Assembly (NCBI GenBank): GCA_965112735.1
Contig: OZ218958.1
Coordinates: 3,038,001-3,102,000 of the forward strand
Direction: 5' to 3'
DNA from: Phaeosaccion multiseriatum
Lineage: Eukaryota > Protista > Ochrophyta, other classes
DNA: 64,000 bases
How positions within the stretch are numbered: position 1 is the first letter of the stretch; the number at the start of each line of letters is the position of its first letter. Positions 1 to 14,700 of the stretch are shown here, one piece after another. The position numbers and the translations under genes were made by a program. The notes below the pieces were generated by a model. The model was not told the origin of the DNA. It saw only the letters and a list, made by a program, of their open reading frames with translations, and did not search any database.

Positions 1-3000
1 GCCTGCCGAATCACCACTTGTCGCAGCACGTCCAAGTACCTGGGGCTAGGAAGCTTGAGCACTCTGGACTGGTCCAGATGGTTCACAGTGGACTACATCG
101 AGGTCCTGTTCAAAGGGAACCTCATCTCTCTCTTAGAGGAGGAGGGGGTGGATGAGGTGGAGGAGGTGGAGGGGGCGGAGGAGGAGAAGGAGGGCCGTGG
201 GGGGGGCGTAGGTGTGGAGGAGGAAGACGTGGAGGAGAAGGAGGACGAGCACCTCAAGAGCAGCGACGGTAGCAGCAGCGGCAAGGAGCGCGGAGATGGA
301 CATGCCCATTATGTACAGGAGAGGCAGCCCATGTGGCAGGAACAGAGGAAGGAAGGCGATGAGGGGCAGGAGGAGCAGCAGCAGCAGGAACAGCAGCAGC
401 AGGAGGAGGAGGAGGAGGAGGGGCGCGAGGGGCGGGGGGGCGAGGAGGAGGGAGGTTATCCGACAGTTTCGTCTTCGATTTGGACTCGAGACGGCGGAAG
501 AATCGATGGAGAGCTTGCGCTTTCCCCTCTCGCAGAGCAGCGGAAGGCAGAGGAGGAGGAGCAGGAGGAAGAAGGGGAAGGGGGACGTGGCGCCAGGGGA
601 GAAGAGAGTGTGTTGGATGCGAAGCAGGATAAGGAGGGGGAGTGGGGCGAGGAGGGGGAGGAGGACGACGAAGAGGAGAGGGAGGGGGGTGTCGGGGACG
701 AGAGTAGGAGGAGCAGCGGTACTTACGGATCCTTTGTGTTGGTGTCCGACGAAGAGGACGAAGAGGTAAGCGTGTGTATTAGAGGACGACCGGCTGGCTG
801 ACTGACTGACTGACTGACTGAACTGACTGACTGAACTGACCCCCAAGGCGCATCCATGTGGCTAACTGACTGCCTGACTGCCTGACTGCCTGACTGACTG
901 AACTGACTGACTGACTGACTGGCTGACTGACTGACTGACTGCCTGACTGACTGAACTGACTGACTGGCTGGTTGACTGACTGGCTGCCTGACTGACTGAC
1001 TGACTGACTGCCTGACTGACTGACTGACTGACTGACTGAACTGAAATGACCCCCACGCCGCATCCACCCCCACCTGACCATTGACTTATTGACTTGACCT
1101 TACACAGGACGAGGAGGCAGCCGCGGCGACCGAAGAAGAGGCGGGCATGGCAGCCGCAGCAGAAAGAGAGGAAGAAGCAGCGGCAGCAGCAGCGGCAGCA
1201 GCAGCAGCAGCGGCAAAAGCAGCGGCGGCAGAGAAGGACTCTGGAGGGGGAGGAACAGGCAGAGGGAAGATCCGGGCCGGTATGAGCAAGGAAGCTCTGG
1301 TGTGGGAGGTGTGTCTGGGGTGGACTCAGAGAGCCCTAAGTCAAGGGGTTTTCCTCAAGGTACGGTAGGGAAGGGGGGGGCAGGAGGAGAGGATGGGGAC
1401 TAGTGACCAACTTCCTTCCTCTGAGCCTGACCCTTGCTCTCCTCCTCTTTTCTCTTCTCTCCTCCTCTCTTCTCCCTGCTCCTCTCCTCTTCTCTCCTCT
1501 CCCCCCGCCCTCCCCTCCCCTCCCCTCCTCTCCCCTTCTCTCCTCTCCTCTCTTACCTTATCTCGTCTTCGCTTCTTCTCCTTTCCTCTCCTGTCCTCTC
1601 CTACCCGCTTCTCTCCCTTCCTCTCCCGTCTTTTTCTTCTCATTTGACCTCCCCCTCCTCCCATCTCTGACGTTTCCTCCCGCTCAAAAGGTGGTCCCGA
1701 GATCAGATAGCAACGACAGCAGCCTTGACCCAAGCAGCAGCCTCGGTGACCAGCAAAGCGACGCCTTTTGCCTCCTCAAAGTGATCTGGGAGACTCCAAA
1801 CCTCGCTGTCATCCACATGGGCTTCTTTTGTGTGGGGCCAACGGAGAGGGCGAGGCTCATCTCAGACTTGACTGACCACTTGTGGACGTCGGGAGGGCAC
1901 GCTACGGCCAAGAGGAACGGTGCTCGTGTGATGCTCGGCGGAGACGGGCAGAAGCAGGGGGAGATGGACCCTTCGAGCGGTACAGTAGGAGCCGAGGACG
2001 GAAACCGAGCAAACGCAGGAGGACCAGAAGCAGCACGCGGCCAGGAGGATGGGGGCGGAGGAGAACAGCTCGTGAGGCGGGCGAGCAGCAGCAGCAGCAG
2101 CTGCAGCAGCAGCACGATGGTGACTGGCAGGGTTCCTCCTCCTTCTGCTGCTGCTGCTGCTGCTGCTCGTCGAGGCGGTCCGTTACCCCTGCGGCTCGGC
2201 ATGATGCATAAGATCAACGCCGGTATGTCGGACTTCGAATCCACCATCGCCTTTCAGCTCCTCAGGGAGGGAAGAGGACACAAGGCGGGGGTGGACGAGG
2301 ACATCGGTGAGTGAGAGAGTGAGTGAGTGGGTGAGTGAGCGAGTGAGTGAGTGAGTGAGTGAGTGAGTGAGTGAGTGAGTGAGTGAGCGAGTGAGTGAGT
2401 AAGTGAGCGAGTGAGTGAGAGAGCGAGTGAGTGAGTGAGTGAGTGAGTGAGTGAGTGGGTGATTGAGTGAGTGAGTGAGTGAGTGAGTGGGTGATTGAGC
2501 GAGTGAGTCAGTCAGTCAGTGAGTGGGTGAGTGGGTGAGTGAGCGAGTGAGTGCGTGAGTGAGTGAGTGAGTATGTGAGTCTTGAGTGGGTGAGTGAGCG
2601 AGTGAGTGAGCGAGTGAGTAAGTGAGTAAGTGAGTGAGTGAATGAGTGAGTGAGTGAGTGAGTGAGTGAGTGAGTGAGTGAGTGAGTGAGTGAGTGAGTG
2701 AGCGAGAGAAGTGAGTGAGTGAGTGAGTGAGCGAGTGAGAGAGTGAGTGAATGAGTGAGCGAGAGAAGTGAGTGAGTGAGTGAGCGAGTGGCAGAGGCAC
2801 GGAAACACTCATGGCCCAATCTCTTCCCATCCCCCTCCCTCTCCCCCCTTCTCCACCCCCGCTCATGTATCTAACCTCACGAACACATACGCTCACACAC
2901 ACTCACATACACTCACACACAGAGGCCCGACGAGCTCTCCTTCGCACTCGCTCGAACCTGCTGCGCCCCTCGGAGTGTTTCCGAAACGTGTCTTTCGGCA

Positions 3001-6000
3001 AGTACGTCCGCTCCTACCTCCGCTCTCGGCGCTGGCTCTGGTCCTTCGAGTCCAACCTTCCTGAGCCGGGCAATGTGGTGCGGTCACTAGCCAGAGCCCG
3101 GCAGAGAGAGGGTTTTGTTGATATGGAGCTGAAGGATGGAGAGGCGCTTATGGTGAAGGGAGTCAACGTCACGGGGCAGATGGTACGGGAAGGGAAAGGG
3201 GGAGGGAGGGAGGGAGGGAGGGAGGGAGGGAGGCAGAGGGAGGGAGGCAGAGAGAGGGGGGGGAGGGGGGAAGGGAGGGAGGGAAGGAGAGAGAGACCGC
3301 TCTCTGTACGGGGGGGATGGGGTCGTCATATGAGGGGTGAGAACCCTCCTCATTGCCTTATGGTGCTCTCTCTCGCTCTGTCTCTCTCCCTCCCTCTCTC
3401 TGTGTGTGTCTGTTCATCTCTCCTCTACCTCCCTCCCTCCCTCCCTCCCCAGAACGACGCAGCGGACGGGTTCAAACCCCAACGCATGCTCCTCCAATAC
3501 CATGTGTACCGCGCAGGTCCCAGGGAGATTATGACCGAGTTCATGATGGAGCCCCAGTACGGCTTCCTGCGCTGCCCAGGCCAAGAGGGGCAGGAGCGGG
3601 GCTGGATGACCGATGGACAATTCTTCTCGGAGCTGCTGGAGTACTTCTATGTCATTGATCTAAGGTAAGTGTGTGTGTGTGTGTGTGTGTTGGGTGTCTG
3701 GTCTGGTGTATGTGTGTGGTCTGTGATGGGGTGGGTGTGGTGTGGTGAGGACAATGGTGGGCTCTGGTGCTGGGACCACACTTCTTCCCCTCTCTCCTCT
3801 CTTTTCTCTCCTCTCGTCCCCCTCCCCACTTTCCTCTCCATGCCATTGATTGCCATTTGTTGCTGTCTCCTCCTCTTCACCTCATCAGTATCATGGGCGC
3901 CTTCTCCTCCTTCACGGAGGTGCAGCAGCTGTGCAAGGGAAAGACAACAGGCAGCACAACCAGCAAAGCAGCAGGGGGTGGTACAGCAGCACAAGGAGTA
4001 GCACGAGGGGCAACAAGGTCAGGACCACAAGGCTCCCGAGCGTCAGGGTCAGGGTCAGGGTCAGGGTCACGGTCTGCCTCCCAGGACAGCACTGAGTACT
4101 CGTCTCCCTTCGGCCCCAAGGGAAGCTTCGGGGCGGGGCCGGACAATGGGCCTGCCGTCATGACCTTCAGTGATGTCGTGAAGGTGCAAGTGCCCAATAC
4201 AGTCACACATCTGCTGGCACACGCCCTGCAGAGCAGAGTGGACCTTCAAATGTTCCATTTGGCGACGCCTTCGGATGAAGAGAGAGAGAGGGAGAGGGAG
4301 AGGGAGAGGGGGAGGCGGAGGAGGAGGGGGGGGAGGGGGAGGAGGGTGCAGAGAGTGGACGGGGGGGCGGAGGGGGGAGGGAAGGGGGAGGTGGAGGGGG
4401 AGGAAGAGGGGAGAGAAGAGGGGCGGCCTAGACAGGGGGCTGGAGAAGGAGAGGGAGACGCATTGGAGACGGAGGAGGGGGCGAGAGTCTCCTCTCTCGG
4501 GCCCAGCGGAGGAGGAGGCACAGCAGTTGGTGATACGGCACGGGGGTTGTTATTAGGGGGTGAGGACGACGGGGAGGGGGGCGCAGGCGGCAAGGGAGAA
4601 GGTGGTGAGATAGCATCTGGCCGTCCGCTTTCTTCCACTCAAAGTCAACAGCAGCAGCAGAAGGAGGAGGAGGACGAGGACGACGACGAGGAGGAGGAGG
4701 AGGAGGAGGAGGAGGAGGAGGAGGAAGGGGGGGACGGGGTGGAGGACGAGGGTCTGTGCTGGACTTGTAGACAGTGCAGCACTGTGCAAGTGGACAGCGA
4801 GCCCTGTGTGAGCGGCGGCTGCTGCCCCTCGGAGAACGATCGCCACCACGCCAATCGCCTCCTGTTCCGCCTCAGCAGCAGGGCCCTCGAGGCAGGCAAT
4901 GCATGCTCTCTCGGCGTGGCCTGGGGGGTCGGAGGAGGTGGTTATGGGGGTGGCGGAGGAGGCAGCGGCGATGGCAGTGGACGGGGAGGAGGTATGGGTG
5001 ATGGCGGTTTGGGTGCTGCGGGGGGGAGAGACTTGGGCGTCCTGTGTGGACGGGCACCCACGGGAGGGGAGGAGTGGACCAACACGGCCATGGATGGAAG
5101 CAGTCACTCCCACCATGTCAACGAAGCTCAGCCCACTGCCACCAACGCCGCTGCGGCCACTGCAACGGCGGTGCCTCCCCCCCCCGCGTACTTGTCGGCG
5201 GTCGGAGTGACCCCCCCACAAACCCGCTTCTCGTCCTTTGCCGCTTCCTCTCTCCGTGCACCTCTGAGCTCGTCGCGGAAGGGAGGCGAAGAGGAAGGGG
5301 CGGAGGCGAAAGAGGCCAGAGATAAGGCGAGTGCGGCTGCTGCCTTGGACAAGGCTACCAAAGCGGCGGCGGCAGCAGAGGCGGCAGCGGAGGCGGCCAA
5401 GCGTCAGCCTGCCTTTGCTGGAGAGTTTGGGGAGCTGCCGCCCGAGACTATTCATGCAGGGAGGTGGTTCGTGTCCCCTATGGGGGATGGGTCGCTGCTG
5501 GTCACCTTCCTGCCCGCGTACTACCGATGGAGAGCGGCTGCCGAGGCGAGGATGGCAGTGGATGGGGGAGAGCAGGAGGAGGAGGGGGGGGAGGAGGAGG
5601 AGAAGGAGAAGGAGGGGGAGCAGGAGGAGACCGAGAAGGGGCAGGAGGAGGATGGTGATGGAGGGGAGGGTGGTGATACGAGTCGCAGTCGCCAGGCCAG
5701 GCCCAAAGCCAAGGCGGGGCAGAGCTCTCTCGGAGTGTTTGTGTTCCTGGTGAGTGGGCTGGTGATTCACATGGCACTCACAAAAACCACACAGGAACAA
5801 ACCTACAACCTACATCTGTCTTCCTGCTGCTACCCCCCTCTCCGTTTGTCTCCCTCCCGTGCGCTGCAACGCTGCCACTTACCCACCTTGCCCTCGCCAT
5901 CCACTGCCATCCACTGCCATCCACTGCCATCCACCGCAGGTGACCCTCGCCGACCTCGTTCCCCAGGAGCGGACATTGGCCGGATTCCAACGCGTGAGGA

Positions 6001-9000
6001 ACCTCCTTCGCTCGCAGAACCTCTCCCCCCGAATGTCCGGCAAGGGCACCTCGCTGGGCTCTTGGGTGGCACTCCCACGACCACGGCAACAGGGGGGGGG
6101 AGGGGGGAGGGGCAAGGACGACGCTGTTCGTGGTGGTGCGGGTGGTGGTGGGGGTGCAGCTGCTGGCCATGGGGATCTGCGACCGAGCCTCCCGCTGGCG
6201 GACTACTACAAGGAGCAGATACTCGAGGTTGGATGGGAGGGGAGGGAGAGAGGGAGAGAGGAAGGTATAGAGAGAGGGGAGCAGGAAAGAAGGAAGGACG
6301 GCCTACACCCCTCGCAGTCCACACCATCCCGATCAGATGCCCTGCCAAATGTCTTGTATTGTTGGATTATATGAGTATGTGTGTGTGCGGGCGTGCGGGA
6401 GGGGGAGGTCAGCTCATTCCCCTCTCTCCTGCCTGTTTCCTATACACCGAAAAGCGCCCAAACCCTCCCGTCGTTTTTCGTTTCCCTTCCACCCACACAT
6501 CCACTCACGTACACACGCACGCACACACGCACCCACGCAGATCCACCGCCGCAACTTCTGCAGCTCCGCGTATGCGACTCTTCGCTGTGGAGGTGTGCTG
6601 TGCAGCAATGACTTGAGGGCTGCCCTGGGTGTGTGCAGGGAGGCAAACTTCTCCACCAACCTCAGCCTCCTTCGGAGGATCGCTCTAGTGGCCAATCAGA
6701 GAGATGGCAGCAGCTCGGAGGGAGGAGGAGGAGGAGGAGAGCAGGAGGGGGAGGGGAAGTTGGGGATGCCTGGCGACGACGATGATGATGCAGATGCACA
6801 CTTTTACAGGCTGCTGAAGAAGACCTTTCGGCCAGTGCCAGGCACAGGCCTATACATCTTTTGGAGGGACGAGGAGGAGCTAGGGGAGGAGCAAGAGGGA
6901 GACGACGACGGGGATGAGGATGATGAGAGCACTGACGATGACGATGATGATGACGACAGCGGGGAGGGGGAGACCAGCGATGAAGACAGTGGGTCGGGCA
7001 GTGGTTCAGTGTCAAGCAGCGGTGAGCAGGAGGAGGAAAAGGAGGAGGAGGAGGTGGTGGACCTTCGACGGGGTTCGCTGATGCAGCAGCAGGAGAAGGC
7101 CCGGTTCCGAGTGGAGCAGCAGCAGTCCTATGGACAACGACAGCGGCAGCAGCAGCGCGCCAGATCGGCCTCCACCACCTCTTCTTCCTCCTCCTCCACT
7201 CCGGCGAGCCACGCCCTCTTCTTCCCCAAGACGCCACTCTTTGTGCGATTCGAGTGTGTACAGCTTCGTCCGAACGATTGCTGTACCACTACCCACTGCA
7301 ACAGCGGCATTGGCGGTAGTGGTGGTGGTGGTGGTGATGGTGGTGGTGGTGGTGGTGGTGGTGGTGCCTGTATTGGCCTGCGTGAAGCAAGGGACAAGAT
7401 CATCAGGACGCCCATTGATAACGACTCGGGCCTGATCGGAGTGATGCTGGCCAGACACCCCGAGTCCCCAGTGGGCTCGATGACCCAACCTTGGACACCC
7501 AAACGCGACATCAGCAGCGGGAGCACGGTCGGCTCCGAGGCCCAAGGGGGCATGCTTCGTCCCATGCGGATGGACAGTGACGGGATCGGCAGCATTGGCC
7601 GCACGCACACACCCGCCCTCCCGCACCACCACCACCACCACCACCACCACCACCATCACCACCACCACCGCCCCCGCCCACCCAAGACTAGCCTCAACAT
7701 GTCTGTAACGGTCTTTCCTCCACCGCCCCTGCCGCCCCCCGTTCACGGCCATGCCCCGCCCCCCAATCCCGGGGAGGAGGCCATTGTGCTTCCTCCAGAG
7801 CACTCCCGCGTCATGCAGTCCGTCGTTCGGCAGGTGCGTGCGTGCGTGCGTGCGTGCGTTTGTGCGTGTGTGCGTGGGTGGGTGCGTGGGTGGGTGCGTG
7901 GATATGGGCGTGAGAGTAACCGTGGGTGTGTGAGTGGTTTTCGTCCCGCCCGACCAAGAGGAAAACGCAATCCCTCCCCCCCGCCCCCCTTCCTCGCTGC
8001 CTCGAGCCCGATTCTAATTGGCATCCGAGCAACTTAAAGTCTAGGGACGGTACACGCCCCACCCAACCCCCCGCCCACCACCACCACCACCATCCACTGC
8101 CATCCCACCCCTCCGCCCTCATGATGTTTCCCATCCACTGCCATCCTGCCCTCTCCCTGTCTGTCTCTCTCATGACACAGGTAGAGGCTTTTGCATCTGC
8201 CCAGATCCTGCGGTCCCTGCTTGAAGTGACCCCCGTCAATCTCCCGGCGCTCAATCTCGTGCAGCGGTGCCTCCGTCCGCTGCTCAGCGACGAGGTAACG
8301 CGCTTTCAGGTCAGTCAGAGCAAGAGGGGGCGACAAAGAGTGAGAGAGAGAGAGAGGGTGAGAGGGGGTGAGAGACAGAGAGGGTGAGAGAGGGTTAGAG
8401 ACAGAGAGGGTGAGAGAGAGTGAGAGCGAGGGTGAGAGAGAGTGAGAGAGAGGGTGAGAGAGAGTGAGAGAGAGGGTGGGAGGGTGAGAGAGTGAGAGAG
8501 TGAGAGAGAGGGTGGGAGGGTGAGAGAGAGGGTGAGAGGGTGAGAGAGTGAGAGGGTGAGAGAGAGGATGGGAGGGTGAGAGAGAGGGTGAGAGAGAGGG
8601 TGAGAGGGTGAGAGAGTGAGAGAGGGGGTGAGAGAGAGGATGGGAGGGTGAGAGAGAGGGTGAGAGAGATGGTGGGATGGTTCATTGCTCTGGCAAAAGA
8701 GTTACAGGACTTTTGTGTGTGTAGGTGTGTTTCTACCTGTCTGTGTGCGTTGTGTGCGTGCGATTGCGTGGGTGCGTGAGTGAGCGGGTGCGTGCTGGCC
8801 GTGTGTAGCTCTCACATGCAGGAGTGAAAGCACTGCACTGATGATTTAGTGACGCGGGTGCGTAACCTTCTCCATCCATGTGTGTGTGTGCGTGCGCGCT
8901 ACCTCGATTTTCTCATATGCCAACAAATAGATCCCGATCGAGTTCGTGTTGCCAGGAGTGACTCTGAGTGACGTGGAGGACGAAGGCGCGTTGGTGCTTC

Positions 9001-9728
9001 GGGCCTGTGAGTTGATGGACAGAGAGCTGCTCATGGAGGGGGGGGAGCTGAGCCTACGTAAGGTAGGGGAGCTCTTCTTTGTGGTGGAGGAGGAGAGCGT
9101 GCAGGAGGCGGAAGAGCAGCAGTTGGTGATACAGCAGCAGCAGAGGCGGCAGGAGCAGCTGCAGCAGAGCATGATCAGACACCATCGGCCACCTCCGAGG
9201 GGTGGTGCGTGGGGAAAGAGGAGGAGGAAGAGCAGCGGAGGAAATGATCCAGTTGGTGATACAGCAGCAGCGACGGCAACGGCGGCGGCAGCAGCAGCAG
9301 GAGGAGGAGGAGGAGGAGGAGGAGGAGAGGGGAACGGGAACGCCTCCGCGGGGTCAGGGTCAGGGTCAGGGACAGGTAGCAGAAGATACCGAGTGCCCTA
9401 CTGGGCCTTGTTTTCCATCGACCAACAGCCGGTCAAGTGTGACGCTTACTCCTTCTCGCACCACCCATATGCCTCCAGTGCCGGTTACGGCGGTGGATAT
9501 GGAGGCGGGAGCAGCAAGGGAGGATCCATACGAGGACACTCTACGGCGGGTAGCGTGGCAGGCTGGGGGGATGATGACGAGGGGGCAGCAGCCACCACGA
9601 CCGGTAACACCGTCACTGGTGCTACAACCACGAGGTTATCGTTTTACGCGCGAGGAGGGGGGACAGGAGGAGGAGGAGAAGGAGGGGGAGGGGGAGGGGT
9701 GGGAGGAGGAGCAGCAGCTGGAGGAGGA

Positions 9729-9765
<37 letters not shown>

Positions 9766-11722
9766 GAGGAGGAGGAGGAGGAGGAGGAGGAGGAGGAGGA
9801 GGAGGAGGAGGAGGAGGCAGGGGTGGCCGCGCTTGGGTGCCCAACACGCGATCTTTTTACTTGAATGTGCACGTGGCGTTTCACCACCGCATGGGCAGCA
9901 AGGAGTACGCGCAGAGAGTCGAGCTGGTCCAGCGGCTGAAGGAGGGCGTGTTGGCGACGGCCAAGACGGTGAACCAACAGCTGCTGCTGCACCACCTGCA
10001 TGTGAGCCGGATAGCGAGTGACTTGCTCATCCCACCACCGCAACAGACACACACACAGCAGCAGGCACAGGCACAGGCCCAACAGCAGCAGCAGCAGCAG
10101 CAGCAGCAGATGGACCAGCAGGAGGAGGATGTCTATGGCAATGCTCCTTCGCTTGTATCACCAACTGCTGCAGTTATTCCCCACTTTGAGGAGGACGGGA
10201 TGGCAGCAGATGGCGCGGTAGAGGCAGCGGAGGCCATGGCGAGGGCCGTGGAGTCTCCCCCGGTGGGCATCGGATTCAAGACGGGTCAGTTTGAGTGCCC
10301 CCTCCAGTTGGTACGTCTGTTCCCCCTGTACCACCGCCTGCACTCGGGCAACACCAACCTGCTGGCCAGCCTCTCGTCCAGTGCTCTGCAGCCCTTCGCT
10401 GTGGCCAACAGGAGGGACTGCTTTGTCTATGGGGACAAGGTGAGGGAGTAGGGGCTAGGGTTAAGTAAGGGTTAAGTAAGGGTTATAGTAAGGGTCATTG
10501 CAACCTAAGGGTTCGGCTTAGGATGGAAAAGGGTTGCGAGAAGGGAAGGTGGTGAGTGGTGAGTCCCTTTTGTGAAGGCCTGACACCTCGTCCTTGTTTA
10601 CTGACTTATCACCTCACTGCCATGTAGTCCTTGTCTTTCTTTGACTTTTATCTAACCGTCACCTCTTTTGTTGACTTATTCCCCCCCCCTTCCCTTTAGG
10701 TGTCTGTGTTCTACATGGAGCTCCGCGAACGTGTGCTGACCCCGGCCTCTGGTGGGGTGGGTATGGCCAATGAGAGCGACGCCCACACTGCCTATACTTC
10801 CACTGGCACTGCCAATCGTGCTGCAGCTGCTGCTGCTGCTACTGCCGCATACACTGCTGGCCTCGAGGACAGCTATGGCGGCTCTGGCGGCGTTGGCTCT
10901 ACCACTCCAATGGGTGCCAGCATGAGCATGGGTCCAGATACAATGATGGGAATGGGTGTAGGCATGGGCATGGGCATGGGCTCAAGTGTGCACAGCTCGA
11001 GTGCGTCTCTGCCGCAGTATCAGCAGCAGCAGGACGACCGCGACAAAGAGCGCTCTCGCCCCACGGCCATTGAGCTCCGCGTGTTTGGGCTGCGAAGGAC
11101 GAGTGAAGCGGTGCTGGGGCATCTTATTCGGCTTATTGAGGGACATCTTACGGAAATGAGCTGTGCCGCTCTGTCTGGCTTGCTGGCCAGAAATCCGCAG
11201 TTTCAGGTGGCGCAGGCCGATATCGACTTTTTGCACACGGCAGGCAACACTGGCGACGGTGTGGATGAGGAGTTCGTGCACCTGCTCAATCGCGCCACGG
11301 GGGGGGGCGATCAGTCTCGCAAGGGTACTCAGGGGCAGGAGCACGAGCAGCAGCAGCAAGGGGAGGAGGAGGAGGGGGAGGAGGAGCAGCGGCAGAAGCA
11401 CAGACAGACGCTGCTCTCCCGCAGCGGTGCCCCACAGCAGCCACCCGCCCCTTCCCCCAAGCAGCAGCAGCAGCAGCAATTGGTGATACAGCAGCAACAG
11501 GGCCAGAGCGAGGCTCAGCAGCAGCGGCTCCACTCTCCGCTGCTGGACGGGAGGGACCGTCTCCGCCTGCGCATCTCACTTCCTTCCGTGGTGAAGGACA
11601 CGTTCCTCTTCCTCACGTACCTCAAGCAAGTGCTGTGTGCGCATGACCTCCTACACACGCTCCACCTCTCCTCCTCGGTGGCTGTCTCTGCTGCTGCTGC
11701 TGCTCCTCCTCCTGCTACTGCC

Positions 11723-11775
<53 letters not shown>

Positions 11776-14700
11776 CAGCACTACTACTACCACCACTACC
11801 GCGGCGACACCGGCAGGAGGGTTATCTGCCGCATCAGGCGCCGCCTCAGTGGTAGGAGGAGTGTCTTCTTCTACCACAATCCTGACCTCTGCGGCAAGCA
11901 CTTCAGCAGCAGTAGCAGTTGGTGATACAGCAGCAGCTGCAGCAGCTAGAGCTTTATCATCACCTCCATCATCACCCGTACTCGCACCCACACCCACACC
12001 CACACCCCTAGGGGGAGGAGGGGGAGGTTTGCTCTCGGCCCTGCCACAGGCAATGAGATTCCTCCCGCCCTTGAAGCGTATGCCCTCATTGAAGCTCATG
12101 GTCCCTCGCCCTGTCTCAGACAAGGACAACAGTATCACCAACACGCGCAGGTCCATGCCTCGGCAACTGGAGACGACTCGAGCCCTGCGGAGACACTCTT
12201 CCCTCGACGAGAGGGATAGAACGCTTCGTGTGGCGGCGTCCTGGGCGGTGGCGGGGGGGGACGACGCAGGGACAGGACCGGGGGGTGACGGCGGCAGTGA
12301 GAGGGAAGACAGGGCTCAGAGTGGAGCTATTGATGGGAGAGGAGGGCAAGGGGGAGGGGAAGAGGATCGAGGGCGCTGGAACACGAGCGCCGGTGTGGTG
12401 ATCGGGCTGGGCGAGAGAGGGGAGGAGGGGGAGAGGGAGCCCTCCCCCCTGGGGTCGTCCTTGGGGAAACGGCACGACCCGGAGTGGGGATCGGTGCAAC
12501 TCAGTCCGGAGGCGTTTCGGAAAAGGCGCTTCTCGGAGGGGGTGCTGCAGAGGAGGACGGGAGGAGAGGAGGAAGGAGGAGGGGGCGGAGGAGGAGGTGT
12601 GATGGCTGCTTCTCCTTCGTTGCTGCTCTCCTCGGCAGAATCCTCAGCTAGCGGGATGCCTACCGCTGGAGAGGGGGTTAGAGAGACAGAGGCAACCCCG
12701 GCCTGGGGCGCCCCTCCCAACGAGGAGGAGACGGGGGAGGAGAGGCGGGGGGAGATGAAAGAGGAGCCACTGCAGCAGCAGCCGCCACCGGAGCTTGAGG
12801 TTGAGGCTGAGGTCGCTAGGGCTGAGGTGGCGGCACACGCACCCACACACGTACCCACATCAGGGTCAGGGTCGGGGTCGGCTCTGGTGGGGAGCGTTTC
12901 GCTTCACCCTGCCGACCTCACCTTCTACTTTAATGTCAGCGGCGCCGCCTCCTCGGGCGGAGCGAGTGTGGTCACCTCAGGTGGGGGTGGCGCCGGTGGG
13001 GGGGGAGGTGGAGGTGGTGGAGGAGGGGGTGGAGGAGGGGGCTCGGGAGGTGGTGGAGGAGGGGGTGGTGGAGCGAGTGGCGGGGGTGGTGGGACGTCGG
13101 CGGGGGCTTCTTCGTTGGCTTCGTCGAGCTTGTACGCAGAGCGCAAAGACATGCTCATGCGGCGTCTCGGGGTTGGGGTGGCCGTGCTGTACATTGCGCC
13201 TCTGCTGCCATCTTCATTACCTTCCTCCTCTGATGGAGCGGCGTCGGCCTCGCTCGGGCTGGTCCAAGGCAATGGGCGCGAGTGGGAGATGGAGACAGGT
13301 GCGATGCGGGAGGGTGGAGGGGGTTGCGCTGTGAAGGGGGTGGGTTTTTGGAGGTAAAATGGAAGGGACTGGAAGGGACTGGGCCTCTGTGTGTGTGCGT
13401 GCACGTAGTGTGTGTATGTACGCATGGCGCTCTCTCTTTCTCTCTCTCTGTCTCTCTCCATTCCATCTGTTTTCGCTTTCTCGTGATCACTCAACCCACC
13501 TCAGTCCTTGCTAACCATACCTTGCCATACCTTGCCTTACCTTGCCTTCCTTCCTGCGTCGGGCCGATGCTGTGCCGTGCTCTACGCCGTGCCCAGGCTT
13601 TCCCCAGCGTGACATCGCCGATTTGGAGGGAGACGATGCCGTCACCTTGCACTTCCTCGATGCGCCATCGGACAATGTAAACGGCAATGGGCGGGGCGTG
13701 CAGAGGGAAGGTGGCGGTGGGGCAGGAGGGGAAGGAGGAGCGAGGGGAGGCTCACAGAGGCAGAGGGAGGGGCAGGAGGAGGAGGAGGAGGAGGAGGAGG
13801 AGGAGGGGGAGGGGGCTCTTCCAAGCCTGGCGGAGGAGGAGCGGTGCGCGGAGGAGCAAGGGAAGAAGGTGGAACTGTCTACAGATGGCAGCACACAAGG
13901 CGGCAGCGGCAAAGGTAGCACTAGTGCTACTAGTGGTGGGGTGGCAGCGAATGGTCGTGCTAGTACGGCATCAGTACTGCTCGAAGTGCACGCGGTGGGT
14001 GCGGTGCATATGCCGTGCCTACTTGGGCTGCTTCGAGGCTGTCTGCAGCAAGCGGTCACAGACTACGTCCTGGAGAGAGTGCTTCTCTTTGATCGGGCGG
14101 GGGGGATGCTGTCTTCAAGGGGCACTCAGAGGAAGAGGAGGAGGAAGAAGAGGAGGAAGAGGAGGAGGGGCAGTCGGGATGCGGAGGGGATAGGCGTTGG
14201 TAGCGGCGGGCTGGGGGCGGAGGGAGGAGCAGGTGGTGGGGAGGGGGGCGAGGATGATGGCGAGGAGGAGGGGAGGGGGAAGGAGGAGGAGGTGGGGGAG
14301 GAGGGTGGCGATGGGGAGGAGGGGGGGGGGAGCGAGGAGGAAGAGGAGGAGGAAGTGGTCGGCGAGGAGGAAGAGGAGGAGGGGGGTGAGGACAAGGAGG
14401 AGAGGGGTGAGGACAAGGAGGAGGAGGAGGAGGAGGAGGAGGAGGTGGTGGTGGTGGTGGTGGTGGAGGAGGGGGAGGATGAGGATGAGGAAGAGGAGGA
14501 GGAGGAACAGGAGGAGGAGGAGGAGGAGGAGGAGGAGGAGGAGGAGGAGGAGGAGGAGGAGGAGGAGGAGGAGGAGGAGGAGGAGGAGGAGGAGGAGGAG
14601 GAGGAGGAGGAGAACGAGGGCGACGAGGGAGAGGAGGGCGACGGGGCCGAGGAGGAGTGGATCGAGAGAGACTTCACACAGGTAACGTGGGTATTCGCTT